From: a bacterium
GTDB lineage: Bacteria > Zhuqueibacterota > Zhuqueibacteria > Oceanimicrobiales > Oceanimicrobiaceae
DNA: 64,000 nt
NCBI GenBank assembly: GCA_046757165.1
Contig: JBHHXT010000001.1
Location: 1-64,000, forward strand
Reading direction: 5' to 3'
This document shows, piece after piece, positions 1 to 12,200 of this stretch (positions within the stretch are counted from its first letter, which is position 1; the number at the start of each line of letters is the position of its first letter). The translations under genes and the position numbers were made by a program. The notes below the pieces were generated by a model, which was given only the letters and a program-made list of their open reading frames with translations, was not told the DNA's origin and did not search any database.

Positions 1-3000
1 TGTTCCGTGACATTGATCGAAACCGTGGCAACATTGGAGACCCCTCCGTTGTTGTCAGTAACCGTATAGGTAAACGTGTCGGTGCCGGAGAAGTTTTGGT
101 TCGGCGTATAGGTCACCTCGCCGGTGGAATTGTCGACTGAAGTTGTTCCATTGTTGACATTGCCAACAATCGTAATGGTCGTAATGGTGCCATCGGGATC
201 GTTGTCATTCGCGGTCACGGGGATGGCGACCGGCGTGTCCTCGTTGGTGGTCACGGTATCGTCGCTTGCGACCGGCAGGTCATTCACACCCAGGACCGTA
301 ATTTTGACAAACGCTTCGTTGGAGACCGCGCCTTCCACATCCCGTACCGTGTAATCAAGCGTGTCGACACCAAAGAAATTGGGGTCCGGTGTATAGCTGA
401 GCAATCCTGTGGTCGGATGCACGCTTGCGGACCCATTCGGCGGTGGCTGCGTGATCGTCACCGAGGTCGGATCGATAGAGCCATCCGAATCGCTGTCATT
501 TACCAGGATGTTGATGTCGATTGGACTGTCCTCCAGCGTGACCGTGGAGTCATTCTGCGCCACCGGAAGATTGTTCACATCCTGAACCGTTACAAAAACA
601 GCCGCCTGGTTCGAGGTCGCGCCCTGGTCGTCCTGGACGGTATAAGTGAAGTTGTCCACTCCGAAAAACCCGGAATTGGGCGTGTAGGTGACACCACCGG
701 TCGCCGGGTTGATGGCAACCTGGCCGCTGGTCGGACCGCTGGTGACCGCAACTGTTGCCGGGTCGAGACTTCCGTCTGAATCGGTGTCGTTGATGAGTAC
801 GTCGATAACAACCGGCGTCTGCTCGTTGGTGGTGGCCACATCATTGCCCGCCACCGGCGTGTCGTTGACAATAACGGTCACACTGGCCGCGTTCGAAACC
901 ACCCCCTTATCATCAGCGACGGTGTAGGTGAAACTGTCCTGTCCCGAAAAGCCTGTCGTCGGGGTGTACGTGATCACTCCGGTCGCCGGGTTGACGGTGG
1001 CGCTACCGCTGCCCGGATTCGAGCCGATGGTTACCGAGCTTGCGTCCACGGAGCCATCTGTGTCTGTATCATTGCCCGTAACCGTTATCGCTACGGGGGT
1101 CTCTTCATTGGTGGAAGCCGTATCGTTTGCTGCGATAGGCGAATCGTTGACGAAGATCTTGACGGTCGCCGGATTGGAAGCGGCGCCTTCGTCATCCCGG
1201 ATGGTATAAGCAAAACTGTCTGTGCCAGAAAAGCCGGTGGTCGGCGTGTAGGTGACCACGCCGGTGGTCGGATGGACGGACGTCGCCCCGTTGCCAACCG
1301 GCGTGACAATCGCAACCGAGGTCAGATCGAGTGAACCGTTGGCGTCGGTGTCATTAGCTGCAACATCGATATCGACCGCGGTCTCTTCATTCGTCTCGGT
1401 AGAATCATTGGCCGCTACCGGAGTGTTGTTGACAGAGACCGTGACCGTGGCGGTGTTGGAGGTGGCCCCGTCCTCATCGTTGATGGTATAGATGAAGCTG
1501 TCGGTGCCCGTAAAACTGGGGTTCGGTGTGTAGGTGATCTCACCGGTCGCGGGATTGACGGAGGTCGAGCCGTTGGCACCCGGGCCAGACAGGATGGATG
1601 AGAAAACCAGGCTGCCATCGCTGTCGGTGTCGTTGGCCACCACCGGAATCGCGACTGCGACGCCCTGATTTGTGATGGCGGTGTCGTTGGCTGCCACGGG
1701 GGGGTCGTTGACATCAGTCACACTCACCACAACCGCTGCTGCGTTGGAGACCAGATTTTCATTGTCCTTCACCGTGTACGCCAGGGTATCCAGGCCGAAG
1801 AAATCCACCTCCGGCGTATAAGTGATGACGCCGGTTGTCGGGTTGACGGTGGCGGCGCCATTTGCCGGCGGCGTGGCAATCACAACCGTGCTCGCAATGA
1901 CCGAGCCGTCCACATCGGTGTCGTTTTGCGTCACATCGATGTCGACGGGCGTCTCCTCGAGCGTGGAGCCACTGTCATCGACAGCCACAGGCGCATCATT
2001 GACAGCCGTCACATCGACGGTCACCGTGGCAGGATTGGAGATGGCGTTGTCGTCATCCCTTATGGTGTATTCAAACGTGTCCGACCCGATAAAATCCAGG
2101 GCTGGTGTGTAAGTGACACGCCCTGTGCTCGGGTCGACCGACGCGGCCCCGTTGCCAGGCTGGCTGACGAGGGTAACCGACGTCGGCGCGGGTGTCCCAT
2201 CGAGGTCCGTATCATTGGAAGAGACGTCTATCTCAATCGCCGCGTCCTCCTGAGTCGTGACGGCGTCATCGACAGCAACAGGCGGATCGTTCACATCTGT
2301 AACCTGGACAACAACCGTGGCCGTGTTTGAGGTGGCACCATCCTCGTCGGCAACGGTGTAGGTGAACGTGTCCGTGCCGGCGAAATCTGTATCCGGGACA
2401 TAGGTGGCCACCCCGGTGGCAGGATTCACCGACGCGCTGCCGCTGGCCGGTTGGGACGCAATGACCACAGTCGTCGCAATGACGCTGCCATCTATGTCCG
2501 TGTCGTTGGTGGTGACGCTGATGTCGACGGACACTTCCTCCTGCGTGGTGACTGTATCATTGGCCGCCACCGGCGGGTCGTTGACATCGGTGACCGTTAT
2601 GAGCACGGCAGCAGGATTGGAGGGTGCGCCATCGTTATCCTGCGCCGTGTACTTCAAAGAATCCGTCCCGACGAAATCGAGCGCCGGTGTATAGGAAATG
2701 GCGCCCGTCGAGGTGTTGACAGAGGCGGTGCCGTTCGATGGTTGAACGGTGATCGCGATTGTCGCGGCGTCCACGGTGCCATCAATATCGCTGTCATTAT
2801 TGGTAACCAGAATGTCAACCGTCACTTCTTCCTGGGTCGTCGTGGTATCGTTGACTGCCACGGGCGGGTCATTCACATCCGCGACATTGACAAAGACTGA
2901 AGCGATGCTGGAGGTCGCACCCTCGTTGTCATTGACCGTATAATTGAAAACGTCCTGGCCAAAGAAATCCACCTCCGGGGTGTAAGTGACGACTCCGGTG

Positions 3001-6000
3001 GTTGGGTTCACCGTGGCGCTGCCATGGATCGGCTGGGTGGCCAGCGTCACAGAGGTCGCGATAACGGAGCCGTCCACATCGGAATCATTGCTCACCAGGG
3101 TGATGTCAACAGGAGTTTCTTCGTTTGTGCTGCTGGTGTCGTTGACCGCAACCGGCGCGTCATTGACCGCGTTCACCGTGATGTCCACCGACGCTGGCGT
3201 GGAGGCCAGACCGTCGTTATCCTTGACGGTATACGTGAATCCATCCGAGCCAAAAAAATCGGGCTCCGGCGTGTAGGTCACCACGCCAGTAGACGAATTA
3301 ACCGTGACAGAGCCGTTCCCTGGCGAGGTCGCAATGGTGACGGTGGATTTGTCGATTGAGCCGTCCAAATCGATATCGTTGGCTGTGACGTCGATTTGCA
3401 CCGGAGAATCCTCGCCCGTATTCCCGACATCATCAGCGGCAGTTGGCGGCTGTGTCACACGGATAGTCACATCTGCATCATTGGACTGAGAGCCGTCATT
3501 GTCCTCAACATGATAGCGAATGATATCGGTACCCCCGAAATTGTTGCTTGGCGTGTAGCTGATCACACCATTTGTCGGGTTGAGGGTCGCACTGCCATTG
3601 AAGGGACCGAGAACGATGGTGACGGTCGACGGAACCAGGAAGCCGCCGTCAGGATCGGTGTCGTTGCCCAGGATATCGATGTCGACCGAGGTATTGATGC
3701 TGGTCGCAATGACGTCGTCGTTTGCGATCGGAGGGCCAAAGACTCTGACAGAAACCGTTGCATCATTCGAGCTGAGGCCGGAATTGTCATCGACGGTGTA
3801 GGCAAAGCTGTCCTGGCCGAGAAACCCTGTGGCGGGTGTGTAGGTGACCACGCCGGTGATCGGGTTGACCGAAGTCGAGCCATTCGACGGCAGCGTTGTG
3901 ATCGTCACGGAGGTGAGGTTCAGGGAACCGTCCGGATCGCTGTCGTTTGCCAGGACGTCGATGGCGACCGCCACATCTTTGTCCGTGCTGGCAGAATCGT
4001 TGACGGCAACCGGTACAGCACTCACTGTCAGCGTGACTTTGGCCGTGTTCGAGACACCGCCATCATCGTCCTGCACCGTGTATTTCAGGCTGTCTGTGCC
4101 AAAAAAGTTGGCATTCGGGGTATAGGTGATCTCGCCGGTCGTGTTATTGACCGTGGCGTTGCCCCCAACCGGCAGCAGCGTCATATTGACACTGGCCGGA
4201 TTGAGTGTGCCGTCCGTGTCCGAATCGTTGACCAGGATATCGATGGTTACCGGTGCCGTGTTGTCCGTCGCTGCAGCATCATCCTGCGCCACCGGGTTAT
4301 CGTTGACGTCATTTATGGTAATGGTCACAGTCGCTTCACTTGAAGTCGCACCGCTGCTGTCTTGCACGGTGTAGGTGAAAGCGTCGCTACCATTAAAGTT
4401 TGCGTTCGGTGTGTAGGTCACCACGCCACTCGTCGAATTGAAGCTGGTCGAGCCATTGGTGACCGGGGTGATAATGGTCAGGGAGGAAGTCACCAGGCCG
4501 TCCGGGTCGCTGTCATTGCTCAGAGGCGAAAGGTCAACGGGTGTATCCTCATTGGTAAAAACGAGGTCGTCCTGCGCCACCGGTGAAGCGTTGATGCTCA
4601 CCGTGGCCACCACCGCCAGGGCGAAGGCGCCATCATCATCGGCCACAGTGTAGGTGAAGGTGTCTGTGCTCTTGAATGTGGGGTCGGGCGTGTACGTCAG
4701 CGCGCCCGTCGTCGGATCGACGGAAGCCGTGCCGCTGTCGGGTTGAGTGATGATGAACGTGGTCGTGGCATCGACCGTGCCATCGGAGTCCGTGTCATTG
4801 TTGGTGACGTCCAGAACCGTCGCAGCGCCTTGATTTACCGTAAAGGCGTCCGGCTGCGCAACCGGTCTCTTGTTGTTGAAGTCCAGGAAACCGTGCAGAT
4901 AGTGCTTCGTATTCTTGTCGCTGCCCAGCACCAGCAAACCGGTGGCAGAGTTGACCGTTTGTTTGGTCGAGGTAACATTGTTGGCGTCCGGGTCGGATGA
5001 GCTGCGGATGAAGATACGGCCGAGATTCTCCGGGGCCGGGAAACTCGGGTTGTCGAGATGAGTGACCTTGTAGTGCACCGTCAGCGGACTGGAGTTGGCA
5101 CTCTTGGCAAAAACATAAACGCTATCGGTCTGGGAATTCAGCACGACGATCGGGCGGGTCATATCAGTGTTGGTCAGCCAGGCGGTATGTCTCGACCAGA
5201 CACCCGTATTCGGATCGCGCTTACTGAAGTAGATGGCGGGGTTGGTTGACCCACCGAAACCGGTCTTTGTGACAGCCAGAACCGTTCCGTCGCTTTCCCG
5301 GACCGCGAGATTGATGTGGTCGTCCGCCACATTGGGCGAGCCGTTGAGCACGATTTCGCGCGGCTCCCATACGGTGTCCGAACTGTCATCCACGTGCACG
5401 GCGAAGTACATCACCTCAGTATTCTGATTCGACCACAGAATGCCTATTCTATCCCCTTGGAAGGCGGTGATGGCATTCAGGTCGATATCCAACAGATTCT
5501 CGCCCTGAACCGGCAGCTCAAAGGTCGCACCCCAATTCGTGTCGTCGACGCCATCTGTCCGGTTGATAACGACCGCCGTGTCATTCGTCCATGTTGCCCA
5601 GAGCTTGCCGTTGGAATCTTTGGCAATGGTCATCGCCCGGCTCTTGGTGGAGCCCGTTATTTGCACAGGAAAGCCGCCATCCACGGTGTATGTTTGTGAA
5701 ATAGAGTCATAGGTATAGCGGTTCAGAATAGCTACTTCTGACTTGCTCGCCTGGATGCTGGTCCGGGCGCGCGAGATGATGTACAAGGTGTTGCCATCGA
5801 CGAGCACGTCTGCTGCCGAGCGCTGCCGATCATCGACATCTGGCCCGACGTTGGTCCACCCGTGGGGACTGGTCCCGAAACGATGAATTCTGAACACCAA
5901 TGTGGCTGGGTCCCATAACACGGCCCACCAGAATCCATCATGATGCCAGAGTTTCGATTCTGGCTTTTCTTCAGTGATCGCCGAAGTGCCACCGGTGTAC

Positions 6001-6173
6001 TCGAAGTCCCGGAATCCGAGAAGTACTGGCGTCGACGGAAGTGTCTGAGCCGGCAGTACGTTCGGCAAGAATGAGATGAGGACACTAAACAGAAGCAAAA
6101 CTGTCCATTTGTTTGCCGCATCTTTCGAACACATTTGCTCCACACGCCCGCCTTGCTGTTGCCCGTTACTCAT
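1..6173 (-). CDS. Giant secreted surface protein/adhesin, paralog D (3'-truncated by window edge; >2057 aa): signal peptide, conserved head domain, ~17 Ig/cadherin-like (Big_9-type) repeats in window
   Basis: Not in the ORF track. Manual translation from ATG at 6173 (AGGGG RBS upstream) gives MSNGQQ...WTVLLLFSVLISFLPNVLPA|QTLPSTPVLLGFRDFEY...EEKPESKLWHHDGFWWAVLW...ADDHINL...TRP...TSTKQ, then NDxDxDG/YTP/SNxATV repeats. The same frame reads ...SINVTEQ at position 1. Confidence 0.93.
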   Translation of the reverse strand, partial: MSNGQQQGGRVEQMCSKDAANKWTVLLLFSVLISFLPNVLPAQTLPSTPVLLGFRDFEYTGGTSAITEEKPESKLWHHDGFWWAVLWDPATLVFRIHRFGTSPHGWTNVGPDVDDRQRSAADVLVDGNTLYIISRARTSIQASKSEVAILNRYTYDSISQTYTVDGGFPVQITGSTKSRAMTIAKDSNGKLWATWTNDTAVVINRTDGVDDTNWGATFELPVQGENLLDIDLNAITAFQGDRIGILWSNQNTEVMYFAVHVDDSSDTVWEPREIVLNGSPNVADDHINLAVRESDGTVLAVTKTGFGGSTNPAIYFSKRDPNTGVWSRHTAWLTNTDMTRPIVVLNSQTDSVYVFAKSANSSPLTVHYKVTHLDNPSFPAPENLGRIFIRSSSDPDANNVTSTKQTVNSATGLLVLGSDKNTKHYLHGFLDFNNKRPVAQPDAFTVNQGAATVLDVTNNDTDSDGTVDATTTFIITQPDSGTASVDPTTGALTYTPDPTFKSTDTFTYTVADDDGAFALAVVATVSINASPVAQDDLVFTNEDTPVDLSPLSNDSDPDGLVTSSLTIITPVTNGSTSFNSTSGVVTYTPNANFNGSDAFTYTVQDSSGATSSEATVTITINDVNDNPVAQDDAAATDNTAPVTIDILVNDSDTDGTLNPASVNMTLLPVGGNATVNNTTGEITYTPNANFFGTDSLKYTVQDDDGGVSNTAKVTLTVSAVPVAVNDSASTDKDVAVAIDVLANDSDPDGSLNLTSVTITTLPSNGSTSVNPITGVVTYTPATGFLGQDSFAYTVDDNSGLSSNDATVSVRVFGPPIANDDVIATSINTSVDIDILGNDTDPDGGFLVPSTVTIVLGPFNGSATLNPTNGVISYTPSNNFGGTDIIRYHVEDNDGSQSNDADVTIRVTQPPTAADDVGNTGEDSPVQIDVTANDIDLDGSIDKSTVTIATSPGNGSVTVNSSTGVVTYTPEPDFFGSDGFTYTVKDNDGLASTPASVDITVNAVNDAPVAVNDTSSTNEETPVDITLVSNDSDVDGSVIATSVTLATQPIHGSATVNPTTGVVTYTPEVDFFGQDVFNYTVNDNEGATSSIASVFVNVADVNDPPVAVNDTTTTQEEVTVDILVTNNDSDIDGTVDAATIAITVQPSNGTASVNTSTGAISYTPALDFVGTDSLKYTAQDNDGAPSNPAAVLITVTDVNDPPVAANDTVTTQEEVSVDISVTTNDTDIDGSVIATTVVIASQPASGSASVNPATGVATYVPDTDFAGTDTFTYTVADEDGATSNTATVVVQVTDVNDPPVAVDDAVTTQEDAAIEIDVSSNDTDLDGTPAPTSVTLVSQPGNGAASVDPSTGRVTYTPALDFIGSDTFEYTIRDDDNAISNPATVTVDVTAVNDAPVAVDDSGSTLEETPVDIDVTQNDTDVDGSVIASTVVIATPPANGAATVNPTTGVITYTPEVDFFGLDTLAYTVKDNENLVSNAAAVVVSVTDVNDPPVAANDTAITNQGVAVAIPVVANDTDSDGSLVFSSILSGPGANGSTSVNPATGEITYTPNPSFTGTDSFIYTINDEDGATSNTATVTVSVNNTPVAANDSTETNEETAVDIDVAANDTDANGSLDLTSVAIVTPVGNGATSVHPTTGVVTYTPTTGFSGTDSFAYTIRDDEGAASNPATVKIFVNDSPIAANDTASTNEETPVAITVTGNDTDTDGSVDASSVTIGSNPGSGSATVNPATGVITYTPTTGFSGQDSFTYTVADDKGVVSNAASVTVIVNDTPVAGNDVATTNEQTPVVIDVLINDTDSDGSLDPATVAVTSGPTSGQVAINPATGGVTYTPNSGFFGVDNFTYTVQDDQGATSNQAAVFVTVQDVNNLPVAQNDSTVTLEDSPIDINILVNDSDSDGSIDPTSVTITQPPPNGSASVHPTTGLLSYTPDPNFFGVDTLDYTVRDVEGAVSNEAFVKITVLGVNDLPVASDDTVTTNEDTPVAIPVTANDNDPDGTITTITIVGNVNNGTTSVDNSTGEVTYTPNQNFSGTDTFTYTVTDNNGGVSNVATVSINVTE

Positions 6174-6240
6174 AAAAACTACCCCTAATGCTAATGCTAA
6201 GCTGCAACTAACCTGATGTTGTACCCTTACCCTGACACTG

Positions 6241-9200
6241 CTACTTTTGCAGGATAATCCTTCTCGAAAACTTCTGACTCCCGACTTCCAGCCGCATGAA
6301 ATAGACGCCGCTGCCAACAAGAATGCCGCTGCTGTCATTCCCCTGCCAGCGAATTCGTTTAAAGCCGGCTGTCTGCACCTCATTCACCAATGTGCGCACT
6401 AACTGACCCCGCACGTTGTAGATCTCCAGTTTCACCTTCGCATCCTGTGGCAATGCGTACAGAATGTTGGTCTCCGGGTTGAACGGGTTCGGATAGTTCG
6501 GACTCAAGCTGATAGCGTCCGGCAGGTGTTTTGGCGTACCCGTGGCGGCGTCCGTAACTTCCGGCGAGGACCCTTCGGCCTCGCCCGTCTCGACGACCAG
6601 CTGCGGCGGATGCGGCCCTTCCTTTGATTCGTAAACTGCTGTCTCTGAACCATGGCTGTTGAGGCCAAAGCTGAACACGTTTTCGCCCCTCACGGCGGTC
6701 GTGACGTCGATCTCGACATACCGTCCCTTGCCTTCTCCTTCGAAAGGTGCCAGCGGCGCACCGCTGATTTCAGGTGCGTTGTCCCAGACCAGACCGTCCT
6801 CCTGCCAGGCAGTCTCCGAATTTCGGTACCGATTGGAAACCGCATAGACCTCGCCGCCCTCGTTGTCCTCGGCGATGAAGAGTTTGAGCGTTGCACGCTG
6901 GACTGCACCGGTCAGGCCGCTCACGCTAAACTTCAGGAAGCTGTAGAATTCAGCCGTACCGTTTGTAGCGCGCAGCTCGGAAACAGCGCCGAAGTTGTCT
7001 GTTGGTGACGAAGCGCGCACAAAGGCATCGTCGGTTGGCAGAAAAGCCAGGACCTGCGCCTCGCTCTTCTGCACCGCTATCTTGACCGTGGCGGTGTTCG
7101 AAAGCGCACCAGAATCGTCGCGGATCTGGTAGGTAAACTCATCTGCGCCAACGAAGCCCTTATCGGGATGATAAATCACGAGGCCGCGCTCACCGTCCAG
7201 TCTCACCGTGCCGTGCCCTGCCGGCGCAAGAATGGCAATGCTGGCGGCGTCAATGGCGCCATCTGAATCCGAATCGTTTTGGGTGACCGGAATCGAAACC
7301 GCGACACTGGAGTAGGTGGTGGCGTCGTCGTCGGTTGCCCGCGGTGTGACGTTACCGCTCATATTTACGGTCACGACCACCTGCGCCGGGTTGGACGCCA
7401 TCCCTTGCTCGTCATAGACGATGTAGTTGAAGGAATCCCTGCCAGTGAATCCGGGATGTGGTGTGTAAACCAGAACGCCGGTCGCGGCCTCAACCCGCAC
7501 CTTGCCGTTTGACGGCGAGGTCACCGGTGCCACCGTGCTCGTGCGCAGCTTTCCGTCCACATCCAGATCATTCGCAAGCACGTCAATCTCGACCGCGACG
7601 CCCGGCTTCGTCGTCATCGCGTCATCCACCGCACTGGGAGCCACATTCTCACCCTTGACAATTATTGCGCCGGCACCCGTCTGGACGATCAACTGTGGCG
7701 CAGTCGTCCCTTCTTTTGTGTAGTACTTGACCTGGTTGCCCGAATTACTCGTGATGCAGAAGCTGAAGGTGCCGTTGCCAGCAACCGCCCCGCTCACATC
7801 CAGGTCGACCAGGGTATTTTCAGCCACGGGGCCGAGCGTGCTCAGCGCACCGCTGATGACATCGGGCGCGTTGCCGGAGGTCAGCGTCCCCTCCTGCCAA
7901 GGTGTCGCGGTGCCGGTAAAGTTGTTGGAGGCCCGGAAGATAGAGCCCCCCTGGTCACTGCCATCCCCCGGGTCAACCGTGACGCGCAGCCGCAGAATGG
8001 CGCTCTGCACCGTGCCGGTGACGCCGGAGACAACAAACTTCAAATAAGTGGAGAATTTGCCGCGCTCGACCTTCATCGTGCCCTTGGTGCCATAATTCGC
8101 GCCGGGGTCAGAAAGCTTGACCTGGCCGTCATGGCTGGGCGCAAAGGTGAGGGTCTGCGATCCGCCGGCCACGCTGACGGTGACGGTGGCGGCGTTCGAG
8201 GTGGCGCCGTCGTTATCCTTGACGCTGTAGCTAAAACTATCGGTGCCACTGAAACCCGCGTTGGGTGTATAGGTGACAACTCCCGTGCTGCTGCTGACCA
8301 CGGCGCTGCCGTTCCCTGGCGGCGTGACGATGGTGACGGTCGTGACATTGATGGTGCCGTCACTGTCGGTGTCGTTGACTGTCACGTCAATCAAGATCGG
8401 TGTGCCGGCGATGGCGTTGGCGTTGTCATTGACAGCCACCGGCGGCTGGTTGCCACCGGTGACGACCACCGACACGGTGGCCGCGTTCGAGGTGGCGCCG
8501 TCATCGTCCTTTACCGTGTAGGTAAAGGTGTCGCTGCCACTAAAGCCGACTGAGGAGGTGTAGGTGACGACTCCCGTTCCGTTCACCGTGACCGTGCCGT
8601 TGCCGGGCGGAGTGACTATTGCAACTGTCGTCACATCGATGGTGCCGTCGCTATCACTGTCATTCGCCGTGACGTCGATGGCCACCGGGGTGCCCGCTGT
8701 TGTTGCTGAGTTATCATTTGCGGCAACCGGGGCAGTGTTGCCGCCTCCGCTACCTGTCACCACGATCAGCTCAGGTCGTACGGTGCCTTCTTTTGTAAAA
8801 TATTTGACTGCATTGCCAGAATTGGGCACGAGTGCAAAACTAAAGATTCCGTTGCCATGAACCGCGGCACTGACATCGAACTCCACGGTTTGGCTCGGCG
8901 AAATAGCCCCAAGCGTACTCAACGCAGACCCGGTCGCCGCCGGCGCATTGCCGGAGGTTAGTGTTTCTTCAACCCACGGATTCCCGGAGCCCGAAAAATT
9001 GTTGTCCACCAGGAACAGCGAGCCCCCGTTGTCGCCGCCGTCGGTGGCCGCATCCGTCACTCGCAGTCTCACTCTAGCGCTCTGAATCGCGCCCGTGACC
9101 CCGCTTACAACAAATTTCAAGTAGGAGCTGAATTTCCCGCCATCGACTTTCATCGTGGCTTTGCTGCCATAATTGAGCCCGGCGTCGGTCAGCTTCACCT

Positions 9201-12200
9201 GGCCGTCGTCAGTCGGCTCGAACGTGAACGTGCCACCCGTGCCGCCGCCATCCGGCTGTACCGTCACGGTCACGGTGGCGGCGTTGGAGGGTGCACCGTC
9301 GTCGTCGTTGACCGTGTACGTGAAGGTGTCGGTGCCATCAAAGCCGCCATTCGGTGTGTACGTCACCACGCCGGTACCGCTGTTCACGGTGGCCGTTCCG
9401 TTCCCCGGGGGAGTCACAATGGAGACCGTGGTGAAATTGATAGTGCCGTCGCTGTCCGTGTCATTGGCTGTGACGTCAAGCGCAACCGAATTGCCGGCGG
9501 TGGTGGTGCCATTGTCGGCGTTCGCAACCGGAGCCTGATTCCCTCCGATAACCTGAACCGTCACAGTCGCGGCATTTGATTGTGCACCGTCGTCATCGCG
9601 AACCGTATACGTAAAGGTGTCCGTGCCGCCGAACCCGGCGTTCGGAGTATAGGTCACGAAGCCAAAGGTCGCATTCACACTTGTGGTCCCGTTTGCGGGC
9701 TGGCTGGTGATGGTCACCGACGTGAAATCGACCGTCCCGTCGCTATCGGAATCGTTGGCCGTGACGTCGATCGGCACCGGGTTGCCGGCTGTCGTGGCGG
9801 CATTGTCGTTGGCCGCCACCGGCGGATTGTTTCCTGAGCCGCCGGACCCCGTCGTGATGACTAACTGCGGCGAGGTACTGCCTTCTTTGGTGTAAAATTT
9901 CACCTTGTTGGTAGAATTGGGAACAATGGCAAAGCTGAATGTGCCATTGCCGTTGACGACGTTTGTGACCTCGAACTCCACGGTTTGACTCGGCGCTACC
10001 GCACCCAGGGTGCTCAGAGGCGACCCGGCCGCGGCCGGCGCATTGCCGGAAGTCAGCGTCTGTTCAACCCACGGGATCCCGACCCCGGAAAAATTGTTAT
10101 CCACCTGGAAAATAGAGCCGCCGTTGTCGCCCCCGTCTGAAAGTGCATCGGTCACCCGCAGTCTCACTCTGGCGCTTTGAACCGCGCTGCTGATACCGGT
10201 CACCACAAACTTCAGGTACGAGCTGAACTTGCCGCCATCCACTTTCATGGTGGCTTTGGTGCCATAATTTGCCCCCGGGTCTGTCAGCTTCACCTGGCCG
10301 TCCTCAGTCGGCTCAAAAGTGAACGTCCCGCCCGTGCCGCCGCCAGCCACGCTCACGGTCACAGTGGCACCATTAGAGTTTGCCCCATCATCATCCTTCA
10401 CGGTGTAAGTGAAGGTGTCGGTGCCGTCGAAGCCGGCGTCGGGCGTGTAGGTCACAACGCCAGTCAGCCCGCTAACAGTGGTGGAGCCATTCGTTGGCGG
10501 AGTTCCGATGGTCACCGTGCTCACATCGATGGTGCCGTCACTATCGGAGTCGTTGGCGGTAACATCGATGGCGACGGAGTTACCAGCGGTGGTGTTGGCG
10601 TTGTCATCGGTCGCCACCGGCGCCACATTGCTGCCCTGAACCTGTACGGTCACCGTTGCAGCGTTGGACGTCGCACCGTCGTCATCCTTCACGGTGTACG
10701 TAAAGGTGTCGGTGCCGCTGAACCCGGCGTTGGGCGAATAGGTCACAACTCCGGTGCTGCCATTTACGCTGGCGCTTCCGTTTAAGGGCTGTGAGACGAT
10801 GGCAACCGTCGTCACGACGATGGTCCCATCGCTGTCGGTATCATTGACGGTCACGTCGACCGCTACTGGCGTGCCGGAAACGGTGGCACCATTGTCATTT
10901 ACGGCCACCGGCGGATTATTGCTCGAGCCACCGGAACCGGTCGTCACGATCAGCTCTGGCCGCGCGATGCCTTCCTTGGTGTAGTACTTGACGCCATTGG
11001 TAGAATTCGGAACGACCGCAAAGCTCACGATGCCATTGCCCGTGACCGCGCCCGTCACATCGAGCTCAACCGTCTGGTTCGCTGAAATAGGCCCTAAAGT
11101 ACTCAATGGAGATCCCGTCGCCGCCGGCGCATTGCCAGAAGTCAAGGTCTGCTCAACCCAGGGAATGCCCGTGCCGGCAAAATTGTTGTCCACCAGGAAG
11201 ATGGAGCCGCCGTTATCCCCGCCGTCCGTCGCAGCATCCGTCACACGCAATCTGACCCTGGCGCTCTGAATCGGAGCGCTGACGCCCGTGACGTTGAACT
11301 TCATGTACGAGGTGAACTTGCCCCCATCAACCTTCATGGTGGCTTTGACGCCATAATTCGCGCCGGGATCCGTCAGCTTCACTTGCCCATCATGCATGGA
11401 TTCAAACGTAAAGCTCTGCGAGCCACCTGAACTTTGCACCGTTACCGTGACTGTCGCTGCATTTGACGTTGCTCCGGCATCGTCGTTCACCGTGTAGGTA
11501 AATGTCTCTGTGCCGGCAAACCCACTGGCCGGCGTGTAGGTCACTACACCCGTGGTGTTGTTCACGGTCGCCGTGCCGTTCGCAGGCAGTGTCACGATGG
11601 CAACGGTCGTCACATCAACCGTCCCGTCGCTATCCGTGTCGTTGGCGGTGACATCGACCGAAACGGAGATCCCCGCGGTCGTGCTGGCATTGTCATTCAC
11701 CGCAACCGGCGCTGTGTTGCCGCCGAGCACTTCAATGGTCACGGTTGCCGCGTTTGAGGTCGCTCCGTCATCGTCCCGCACCGTGTATGTGAAGGTGTCG
11801 GTGCCACCAAAACCCGCGTTGGGAGTATACGTCACAACCCCGATCGCAGCGTTCACACTCGTCGCACCATTCGCTGGCTGAGAAACCACTGTCACCGTTG
11901 TCACATCTACCGTTCCATCGCTGTCACTGTCATTCGCGGTCACATCGATGCCAAGCGGGAGACCCGCAGTGGCGGTGGCATTATCATTCACCGCGACCGG
12001 TGCACTGTTTTGTCCGCCCCCCCCTGTCGCAATCACCAGTTGCGGGGGGACTGTTCCCTCTTTGGTGTAGTATTTGACTCGATTGCCGGAATTCGGTCTG
12101 ACGGCAAAGCTAAAGGTGCCGTCGCCGTTCACGGCACTGGTCACATCGAATTCAACCACTTGATTGGTCGCAACAGCGCCAAGGGTGCTCAGCGCTGAGC

